Positions 9,045 to 16,767 of a stretch of DNA of 64,000 bases are shown in pieces. The stretch spans positions 2,107 to 66,106 of the forward strand of contig JAVVXB010000005.1 in NCBI GenBank assembly GCA_036651815.1. The letters run 5' to 3'. The notes beneath the pieces are model-generated. The model was not told the DNA's origin. It ran no database searches and saw only the letters and a program-made list of their open reading frames with translations. This DNA comes from Clostridia bacterium (lineage in GTDB: Bacteria > Bacillota > Clostridia > Christensenellales > CAG-138). How positions within the stretch are numbered: position 1 is the first letter of the stretch; every line of letters starts with the position of its first letter. A program made the position numbers and the translations under genes.

Positions 9045-10706
9045 ATGAAAAAGCGGATCTTTTGGAATATTTTTCTCTCGGCGCTTACCGCCGCCCTGCT
9101 CATGGGTGCTGTGGTGATTTGGGCGCAATATCGCCTCTTTACCGACCGGATCTATGCGGAGCTGGCTTCAGAATGTACGCTGATTGAGCGAGGCATGACT
9201 GTGGCCGCGACCGAAGACGCCTATTTCAGCGGCTTCTCTGCCGATACGCGCATCACGCTTGTGGCTGCGGACGGCACGGTGTTGCAGGACACTGCCTCCG
9301 ACGTCACAAATCTCGATAATCATGCCGGGCGGCCAGAAATTGCCGCAGCATTGCAAAACGGTGCTGGAAAAATCACCCGCTATTCCAGCACCCAGTTGAC
9401 CACAACACTGTATTACGCAAAGCGGCTTGCCGACGGACGGGTTCTGCGCATCTCCGCCGCACAAAAAAGCGTGCTGGGCATGATCGACGCCATGTTTACG
9501 CCCATGTTGCTGATTCTTCTTGCAATCATGCTTGTCTCCGTGCCGCTTTCACGGTTGCTGGCAAGGCGCATTGTGGCCCCCATCAACGCGCTGAATCTTG
9601 ATCAGCCCCTCGCCAGCACCGCATATGATGAACTTGCGCCACTGCTGACCCGCATGGAACACCAAAGGCGTAAAATTGAGGACCAGTTGATTGATCTAAC
9701 CGATCGGCAGCGGGAATTCACCGCTGTTTCGGAGCATATGCGGGAAGGATTGCTGCTGTTGGACGGTGATTGCAACATCCTCACCATCAACCACAGCGCT
9801 GCGGAAATATTCGGCACATCGCCACGTGCAGTCGGCGGCAGCTACATCCTATCGTTGAACCGCAGCACAGCGCTTCAAAGCGCACTGGATTCCGCCAAAG
9901 CCAACGGCACCGGTGAAGGATTGCTGCAGCAAAACGGACGCTGCTATCAGTTGCTAACAAACGCTGTCTACAACGCAAGAGCACTGGCCGGCATGGTGCT
10001 GCTGATTTTGGACGTGACTGAGAAAGAAAATGCGGAGCGCAGCCGGCGTGAATTCTCCGCCAATGTATCCCATGAGCTAAAAACGCCGCTGACCTCCATC
10101 GTAGGCTATTCCGAAATCATGAAGGACACCGTGGCAAAGCCCGAGGACACCCCCCGCTTCGCCGCAAAAATCTACGATGAGGCTCTCCGGCTCATTGCGC
10201 TGATTGATGATATCATCCGTCTTTCACAGTTGGACGAGCAACGCTCGCTGCCCCAAAAAGAGTCTGTGGATCTGTTGCAAATCTGTCAAACTGTCTGTAC
10301 GCGCTTTGCAGCGTCAGCAGAAAAGGCGGGTGTCGTCCTGGCCCTGTCTGGATCATCCGCCACAATGCAGGGGATTCCAAAGGTGCTGGATGAGATGGTA
10401 CACAATCTTGTAGACAACGCAATCAAATATAATCACGTAGGCGGACGGGTAACCATCGATATTGTATGCGAAGATGGACGCAAAAAGCTGACGGTGCGGG
10501 ACACCGGCACCGGCATTGCGCCCGAACATCAAGTGCATGTGTTTGAAAGGTTCTATCGGGTGGATAAGAGCCACTCCAAGGAAACCGGCGGCACCGGTCT
10601 TGGTTTATCCATCGTCAAGCACGCAGCGGAGGCGCATGGCGCAACCCTGTTCCTGAGCAGCCTGCCCGGCCGCGGCACTGCCATCACAGTCTCGTTTCCC
10701 GGCTAA
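9045..10706 (+). CDS. Sensor histidine kinase, PhoR type (TM-extracytoplasmic-TM, PAS, HisKA, HATPase)
   Basis: 553 aa. H-box SHELKTPLTSIVGY, N-box DNAIKYN, G-boxes DTGTGI and GGTGLGLSIVKH. Confidence 0.85.
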   Translation: MKKRIFWNIFLSALTAALLMGAVVIWAQYRLFTDRIYAELASECTLIERGMTVAATEDAYFSGFSADTRITLVAADGTVLQDTASDVTNLDNHAGRPEIAAALQNGAGKITRYSSTQLTTTLYYAKRLADGRVLRISAAQKSVLGMIDAMFTPMLLILLAIMLVSVPLSRLLARRIVAPINALNLDQPLASTAYDELAPLLTRMEHQRRKIEDQLIDLTDRQREFTAVSEHMREGLLLLDGDCNILTINHSAAEIFGTSPRAVGGSYILSLNRSTALQSALDSAKANGTGEGLLQQNGRCYQLLTNAVYNARALAGMVLLILDVTEKENAERSRREFSANVSHELKTPLTSIVGYSEIMKDTVAKPEDTPRFAAKIYDEALRLIALIDDIIRLSQLDEQRSLPQKESVDLLQICQTVCTRFAASAEKAGVVLALSGSSATMQGIPKVLDEMVHNLVDNAIKYNHVGGRVTIDIVCEDGRKKLTVRDTGTGIAPEHQVHVFERFYRVDKSHSKETGGTGLGLSIVKHAAEAHGATLFLSSLPGRGTAITVSFPG

Positions 10707-11861
10707 ACAGTCAACTTTCTCCCCCTGCTCCTGTAGCTGCAAAAGCGCCCGTTCGGATGCCGGATGAAATTGTCCCCCCCTTCCCGTCCCGGTCACCAAT
10801 GCCTTGCTGCGGATCAGCGCCAGCAGCAGGGCCGCATCCGGCCCCTGCTCAATGGCTGCGCGATATTCCTCCACGCCCGGATACGTCCGGTTTGGCTCAA
10901 TCAGATCCGCAAGGTAGACGAGTTTGTCCAGCAACGTCATGTCACGATCCCCAGTCGAATGTAGTCGGATAGCACGTAGCACGTGTTGATCCGTCACACC
11001 ATACTGTGTGAGTGCAATCACAGCCCCCGCAAACGCATGCCACACGGGCACAATTTCCGTATCATCCCCGCTGAGGACAGAGAGCGTCACCGGATCGAGA
11101 CACTTGGCGCAGTCATGCAGCAGCGCAGCAATCTGCGCCTTTTCTGCCGGAGCATGCCAACGGTACGCAAGCATCGCCGCAGCTTGCACAACCCCCATGG
11201 TATGAATGTACCGTTTGTTATACAGTGCTTTTTTTAATATCTGCTGCATCCTGCGGATGGTGGATGAGAAATATACGCCGGATTCATAGCAATACCGCTC
11301 CACCTCCGGCGGAACCAGATTGAAGATGGGCAAGCCAGCCTCAAGCCGATCTCGTATCTCCGTGGACGAGAGCTTTTGCACCTGAGATGGAAGAAATAAC
11401 ACCTCGGCGCCAAATTCGTTTTGCAGATGCGCTGCGGCAGCTGCGTCGGTTTCCTCTTGCCCCAGTCGGGGTATGCAGGCAATTTTCGCCAGTTGCATCA
11501 CCACGTCCGGCCGATACCAGTTCGGCAAATCCAGTAGCATATCACTACCCAGGATCAAATATAACGTGCAATCGTCAGCCATATTCCGGAGCGTAACGAG
11601 GGTATCGGCCATATAGCTCTTGCCATCGCGCATGAGTTCGAGATCACAGGCAATTATACCGTCCAAATTCTCCACCGCAAGCCGCACCATCTGCAATCGA
11701 TCCGCCGCGCTTACACCGTGATCCACCGTCTTATGCGGAGGATCGGCCGCAACCATCAGCAACACACCGTCCAACGCAAGCTTATCCCGCGCAAGCACCG
11801 CCATTTCGATGTGCGCACAGTGGATTGGATTGAATGTACCGCCAAGCACGCCCAATTTCAT
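10605..11861 (-). CDS. nadD: Fusion protein: nicotinate-nucleotide adenylyltransferase (NadD) plus HD-domain YqeK-like hydrolase
   Basis: 418 aa. The N-terminus has GGTFNPIHCAHI (HxGH-type nucleotidyltransferase motif). The C-terminal half has the HD motif AALLHDCAK and LHSTG. The last ~34 codons overlap the convergent kinase gene. Confidence 0.85.
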   Translation of the reverse strand: MKLGVLGGTFNPIHCAHIEMAVLARDKLALDGVLLMVAADPPHKTVDHGVSAADRLQMVRLAVENLDGIIACDLELMRDGKSYMADTLVTLRNMADDCTLYLILGSDMLLDLPNWYRPDVVMQLAKIACIPRLGQEETDAAAAAHLQNEFGAEVLFLPSQVQKLSSTEIRDRLEAGLPIFNLVPPEVERYCYESGVYFSSTIRRMQQILKKALYNKRYIHTMGVVQAAAMLAYRWHAPAEKAQIAALLHDCAKCLDPVTLSVLSGDDTEIVPVWHAFAGAVIALTQYGVTDQHVLRAIRLHSTGDRDMTLLDKLVYLADLIEPNRTYPGVEEYRAAIEQGPDAALLLALIRSKALVTGTGRGGQFHPASERALLQLQEQGEKVDCLAGKRDCDGSAAAGQAAQEQGCAMRLRCVLDDG

Positions 11862-12052
11862 AAAAATATCCTCCTATGGCCATTATAATATGAAATGCTG
11901 AAAAAACCAAAAAATATTACGTCCTGTGCGGCTCTTTGCGTTTTCCCGAATACTTCCATGACCGAAATCGACCGGATTGGAGACACTATCCCCATACCAA
12001 AAATGCGATTTGCTGCATAGGATGGTAGGAAGAAGAATGGGAGACGCACACA

Positions 12053-12784
12053 ATGCTCACTTATGCGATCGGAACCAACCAATATGATATTGACCTGGGC
12101 GGCCTGCTGTCGCGCCGGCTGTCTCAGTGCGGGTGTGTGTGTGGGCTTGCCAGCACAGACGGAAGCGTAACCGTAACCGTGCAGGACGGCGAATCGGTCA
12201 AGCTTCTGGCCGATGCACTTACCATGTTGCTTTGCCGCGATTTGCAGTATTTTGAATTGACACATTATGTGGATGCACTGCCGCTGAGTCTCTCCGAAAA
12301 GCAGGCGGTTTTGACCAGTACGCTGGATATGGCGCGTTCGCTGGAACAACCGGCACGTATACGGGATGGGCTTGTCCGCTACCTTGGCGAGGAGCATCGG
12401 CTGAATTTAGAAGGCTACATGCGCTTTCGTATGCGAGATCAAGTTGAACGCTGGCGCGAAAGCATCGATCATGCCGCCGCTGAGCAAATTCTTCGGCGGG
12501 AATACACCGAGCTGCTCGGCGTATTAAGTTCCTTTGTGCAGACCGAGGAGCCACAGGCGGGTGAACTGTCCATCTGTATCCATCCGGATGGTAGCTGCAC
12601 GCTCACCGACGATATGAACGCACATATTGAATATGTGGATTGCTCCGAGGATGGCATCATGAGTCTGCTGGTTGGCATGGCACCAACCCAGCTCACGGTC
12701 TACGACCTCTCCGGCGGCGCTGGACAGCGGCTGACAGATGCCATCCGGCGCGTGTTTGCGGGACGCGTCAAAATCTATCGCTGA
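12053..12784 (+). CDS. YtxC-like sporulation-associated protein (tentative)
   Basis: 243 aa. The LEGYMRFRMRD segment and overall size resemble the YtxC family. This is recognised from memory only. Confidence 0.45.
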   Translation: MLTYAIGTNQYDIDLGGLLSRRLSQCGCVCGLASTDGSVTVTVQDGESVKLLADALTMLLCRDLQYFELTHYVDALPLSLSEKQAVLTSTLDMARSLEQPARIRDGLVRYLGEEHRLNLEGYMRFRMRDQVERWRESIDHAAAEQILRREYTELLGVLSSFVQTEEPQAGELSICIHPDGSCTLTDDMNAHIEYVDCSEDGIMSLLVGMAPTQLTVYDLSGGAGQRLTDAIRRVFAGRVKIYR

Positions 12785-12803
12785 TTGATTTGGCACCGCC
12801 CAT

Positions 12804-12891
12804 ACCGATGCTCCGCGCATGATTCCTTCACGTTTAGTGGGAATCATGTCCGCGCCAACTGGCCACCCGCACCGATGCTCCGCGCATGATT
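12804..12891. repeat. Direct repeat pair with embedded hairpin, upstream of the serpin gene
   Basis: Exact 21-mer ACCGATGCTCCGCGCATGATT at 12804-12824 and 12871-12891, with weaker similarity extending ~10 nt upstream. The end of copy 1 forms a 9-bp hairpin CATGATTCC (12818-12826) / GGAATCATG (12840-12848). Confidence 0.85.
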
Positions 12892-12983
12892 TCATTCTCC
12901 CTGCCCTCCATTCAAAATTCTTGCAACTTTTTACAGGTTTGTGTAGTGTTAGGTATAGAATCGAAAAAGGAGAATGAATTTCT

Positions 12984-14270
12984 ATGATAAAACGAATGAC
13001 GATTTGGCTGACTATCGGCGTCCTGCTGCTGTGCGGCTGTGCCCCCCAGACCATTGCAAAAGAGGAGACCATGAGCGAGGAGGTCAATCTAACCGAACCA
13101 CTGGCGACGGATAATAGCGCCACAGCGGCCCCGACGGACGAAATCGTGCAGTCAGCCGCGCCGGACGCATTGGCGCAATTTGCTTGCGCACTGCTGGGTC
13201 AGGCGCTTGAAACAAGCGGAAATAACCCTGTCGTCTCTCCGCTTTCCGCCTATCTGGCGCTATCCATGGCTGCAAGCGGTGCGGACGGCATCACCAAGAA
13301 CGAATTCTCCACGTTGCTGCACGGAGATCCCGAAACGTTGAATGACGTCTGCGGTGCGTTGCTTGCGTCGCTGCAAAAAACAAATGGTAGCACGAAGCTG
13401 ACCATCGCTAATTCCGTTTGGTCAGATGAAAGCGCCAATATTCAAAAGTCCTATCTCACGCTGCTCAAAGATGTCTATGCTGCAGACGCGTTCTCCGCGC
13501 AATTGAACAGTGACAAAACGCGTAATGCAATCAATGCCTGGGTCAAGGAAAAAACCAACGGCCTAATCCCCACCTTGCGAAAAGACAACTATGCGGATGA
13601 TACGATGTTGGTGCTACTCAATACCCTCTATCTGAACGCCAAATGGGACAATCCTTTTTGGGGTCAAATGACAGAGGATCATGACTTTATAAAAGCGGAC
13701 GGCACGAAGGTTTCCAGTCCCTTTATGAACGATCGCGAATGCCATCGTGATTATCTCTCGATCGATGGTGCAGAGGGCATTCTGCTACCCTATGACGACG
13801 GCAAGACGGCCTTTGTCGCATTGATGCCAACCGATACAAGGACTGCGCGGGAATTGGCCACCGCGCTGACTGCAGAGACGCTCGCAGCAGCAATCGCCTC
13901 CCGTGCCGAAGCATTTATGAATCTGTCTCTGCCAAAGTTTGCGGTGGATTTCACCCTCGATATGAATGATCCACTGAAAAAGCTGGGACTTACCTCCGCT
14001 TTTAATCCCAACAGTGCAGACTTTTCTAAGATGGGTTCGTCTGCCCAAGGCAATCTGTTTCTTTCCAGCGTGCAGCAGATTGTGAAGATTATTGTGGATG
14101 AAAAAGGTACAGAAGCTGCGGCTGTCACCGAAATTGCCGCTGCGGGCATGGCACTCAACCCCGAGCAGCCCAGAGAACTGATGTTCGACCATCCCTTTGT
14201 ATACGCGGTGGTTGATCTCGACAGCGGCGCACCACTGTTCATCGGCGTACTGGACGAACCCCAAGCATAA
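12984..14270 (+). CDS. Serpin-family serine protease inhibitor, lipoprotein
   Basis: 428 aa. Lipobox LLLCGC. N-terminal serpin motif SPLSAYLALSMAASGADG. Hinge EKGTEAAAVT. C-terminal FDHPFVYAVVD...PLFIGVLDEP. AAGGAG RBS. Confidence 0.9.
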   Translation: MIKRMTIWLTIGVLLLCGCAPQTIAKEETMSEEVNLTEPLATDNSATAAPTDEIVQSAAPDALAQFACALLGQALETSGNNPVVSPLSAYLALSMAASGADGITKNEFSTLLHGDPETLNDVCGALLASLQKTNGSTKLTIANSVWSDESANIQKSYLTLLKDVYAADAFSAQLNSDKTRNAINAWVKEKTNGLIPTLRKDNYADDTMLVLLNTLYLNAKWDNPFWGQMTEDHDFIKADGTKVSSPFMNDRECHRDYLSIDGAEGILLPYDDGKTAFVALMPTDTRTARELATALTAETLAAAIASRAEAFMNLSLPKFAVDFTLDMNDPLKKLGLTSAFNPNSADFSKMGSSAQGNLFLSSVQQIVKIIVDEKGTEAAAVTEIAAAGMALNPEQPRELMFDHPFVYAVVDLDSGAPLFIGVLDEPQA

Positions 14271-14294
14271 CCCAGCCTTTATGCGGACAATCAA

Positions 14295-14326
14295 CAGAGC
14301 GCGGCCGAAGAATCGGCCGCGCTCTG
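14295..14326. terminator. Intrinsic terminator between convergent serpin and MATE genes
   Basis: 14-bp perfect GC-rich stem CAGAGCGCGGCCGA / TCGGCCGCGCTCTG with a 4-nt loop, followed by CTTTAATT. Confidence 0.75.
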
Positions 14327-14517
14327 CTTTAATTATAGAAAAGCAAGTCTTTCGATGGAATAACTGTGTTTGGACTGTGCTGGTCTTTTCACGGACGTCA
14401 AAAAATACAGGTAACCGGCACGTATGGGTTCCGATGCACACCCTTGAAAAAAACAGAATGCTCTTTTCAGCCATCTCAGTGGAGTAACATCCTTGACACC
14501 GCCCCTCAAAAAACAGC

Positions 14518-15900
14518 CTATTGGCGGATAGCGTTCGTATCCATCTGCCGCAGCGATCTGCGAAACTGGATAAAGAACATGCAGGCGGTGGTAATCACTG
14601 CAAGAATATCCGCAATGGGTTCTGCCGTAAATACAGCGGTCGTTTTGTCCGCCATAAAAAACGGCATGATGTAAATGAGCGGAATGAGCAGGAAAATCTT
14701 ACGCAACAGTGCAAGAAACAGCGAGCTTTTTGCGTTCCCCAACGCAATAAACGTTTGTTGGCAAGCAATCTGTACACCAAAGATGCAGGAAACCGCCATA
14801 TAGATGCGCAGCGCCCGCGCTGTAAAGGCTAATAGTTCGGGATCGTTGTTGAACACCAGCACAAAGGTTTCCGGCGTAAGTTGGATTGCCGCCCAGAGCA
14901 ACACCGAAAACGACACACACACCGTCAGCAGCAGCAAAAATGCTTTCTTAACGCGCTTGGTGTTGTTTGCACCGTAGTTGTAGCTGATGATTGGCTGCGC
15001 GCCCTGCGTCAGACCCATCAGCGGCAGCAGCGAAAACTGATTCACGCTGGTCAGGATGGTCATTGCCCCAACCGCAATATCCCCGCCATACCGCAGCAGT
15101 GAGGAATTGAAACACATGGCAATCAGGCTCTCCGTGGACTGCATGATAAACGGAGACAACCCCAACGCAAGGCAGGGCAGCACGATTTTTGCGTCCAACC
15201 GCAGGTCTGCACTCCGCAGCCTAAGCCCGGTCTTTTTGCCGGTCAAGAACCGGATGACCCACACTGCGGAAATCGCCTGCGACAAAATGGTCGCCAATGC
15301 CGCGCCGGCCACGCCCATATTAAATCCGAAAATCAAGATCGGGTCTAGAATAATATTGCAAATCGCACCGATGAGTACCGTCAGCATGCTTGTTTTGGCA
15401 AAGCCCTGCGCCGTGATAAACGCGTTTAACCCGAGTGTAACTTGCACAAAGATGGTGCCGAGACTGTAAATTTTCATGTAGGACACTGCGTATTGGATCG
15501 TATTTTCGCTTGCGCCGAACGCCATCAGCAGATCCTCCGCAAAGAAAAAGAAGACTGCCGTGAGTATCACCGAAATCAGAATCAGCATCATGGCGCAGTT
15601 GCCCATAGTTTTCTGTGCTTTGTCCGGCTCACCTTTGCCGAGGTGAATGGAGGCCCGAGGCGCACCGCCCATGCTGACCAATGCGGCGAACGCCGAAATG
15701 ATCATAATCAGCGGCAAGCACACACCAACCCCAGTCAGTGCCAATTTTCCGATGCCGGGGATATGACCGATATACATGCGATCGACCATATTATATAGCA
15801 GGTTGATTACCTGTGCCGCAACCGCTGGCAGCGCCATCTGAAACAACAGTTTCCCAATACGGCCAGTGCCCAATGCTTCCGTTTTATTTTCTTGTTCCAT
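14518..15900 (-). CDS. MATE family efflux transporter
   Basis: 460 aa, ~12 TM. N-terminal GKLLFQMALPAVAAQVINLLYNMVDRMYIGH is typical of MATE/NorM-like proteins. Confidence 0.9.
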   Translation of the reverse strand: MEQENKTEALGTGRIGKLLFQMALPAVAAQVINLLYNMVDRMYIGHIPGIGKLALTGVGVCLPLIMIISAFAALVSMGGAPRASIHLGKGEPDKAQKTMGNCAMMLILISVILTAVFFFFAEDLLMAFGASENTIQYAVSYMKIYSLGTIFVQVTLGLNAFITAQGFAKTSMLTVLIGAICNIILDPILIFGFNMGVAGAALATILSQAISAVWVIRFLTGKKTGLRLRSADLRLDAKIVLPCLALGLSPFIMQSTESLIAMCFNSSLLRYGGDIAVGAMTILTSVNQFSLLPLMGLTQGAQPIISYNYGANNTKRVKKAFLLLLTVCVSFSVLLWAAIQLTPETFVLVFNNDPELLAFTARALRIYMAVSCIFGVQIACQQTFIALGNAKSSLFLALLRKIFLLIPLIYIMPFFMADKTTAVFTAEPIADILAVITTACMFFIQFRRSLRQMDTNAIRQ

Positions 15901-15915
15901 AAAAAACTCTTTTCT

Positions 15916-16476
15916 TTACAGTATGCCCAGATGACCGAGCAAAATTTTAACACCCATGAGAATGAGCACAATCCCGCCAATGCGCTCCGCCGTGGCTTGA
16001 TATTTGATTCCGAATACGTTGCCAATCTTGATGCCAGCACCTGATAGTACGAACGTTATCAACCCGATGAACAGCACCGCCGGCAAAATTCGAACCTGCA
16101 AAAACGCAAAGGTCACGCCCACGGCCAGCGCATCGATACTGGTGGCAAGTGCAAGCGGTAGCATCACCTTGCACGCAAAGGAATCGTTACATGCGCCAGC
16201 GTCCTTTTGATAGGATTCCCGTATCATGTTGACGCCAATGACCGACAGTAACGCAAACACAATCCAATGATCGATATTGGTGATCAGCGCTTGAAACTGC
16301 GTGCCCAGTAGATAGCCAATCAACGGCATCAGCGCCTGAAACCCGCCGAAATATGCGCCCGCAATCAGCATGTGCTTCACCGTTACCTTTGGAACCGAGA
16401 GGCCCTTGCAAATAGACACGGCAACCGCATCCATGGAAACCCCAGCTGCGATGAGAAACAACTCCCAAAGGCTCAT
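15916..16476 (-). CDS. mntP: Manganese efflux pump MntP
   Basis: The track ORF extends to 16557. I prefer ATG 16476, preceded by [27 protein letters not shown] and the repeated SIDALAVG motif are typical of MntP/YebN. Confidence 0.85.
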   Translation of the reverse strand: MSLWELFLIAAGVSMDAVAVSICKGLSVPKVTVKHMLIAGAYFGGFQALMPLIGYLLGTQFQALITNIDHWIVFALLSVIGVNMIRESYQKDAGACNDSFACKVMLPLALATSIDALAVGVTFAFLQVRILPAVLFIGLITFVLSGAGIKIGNVFGIKYQATAERIGGIVLILMGVKILLGHLGIL

Positions 16477-16543
16477 ATGATCGCTCCTTATGAATCTTGA
16501 GTTTCCCGTGTGCCCATTGCGGAAGGCTCTGTCATTGATATGG

Positions 16544-16583
16544 AAAACGAGACCCATCTGTTGCGTGCGCAGATAAGTCCCGT
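16544..16583 (-). terminator. Intrinsic-terminator-like hairpin inside the mntP leader (candidate riboswitch/attenuator expression platform)
   Basis: Minus strand: ACGGGACUUAUCUG-cgcacgcaa-CAGAUGGGUCUCGU followed by UUUUCC, about 65 nt upstream of the mntP start. Confidence 0.55.
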
Positions 16584-16767
16584 CATTTGAAACAAAACCG
16601 GTAACCGCGCAAGCGTCTTGGCTTCCCGTATGTCGGCTTTATCACGCGCTTGCGCATGTTGCTCCCATATGCTGGAAAATGGTATAGCAGTTTGCCCCAT
16701 TTGTCAAGAAAAATGCGCCGGAAACGTCCGCCCCTTGACCATGACCCACAAGTCCCGAACGAAATTG

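Noticed and set aside
11858-12397. 179-aa minus-strand ORF
   Set aside because: It is antisense to the 5' part of the ytxC-like gene and spans the divergent promoter region. The composition is low-complexity and basic, with no motif.
13785-14474. 229-aa and 150-aa minus-strand ORFs
   Set aside because: They are antisense to the serpin gene and run through its terminator. No RBS and no recognisable domain.
16590-16680. Canonical yybP-ykoY aptamer call
   Set aside because: The GGGGAGUAG and UUGACAUA loop motifs are only partly matched, and the region is too short for the four-helix architecture I remember. It is kept only as a candidate leader or attenuator in the findings, not as an annotated ncRNA.
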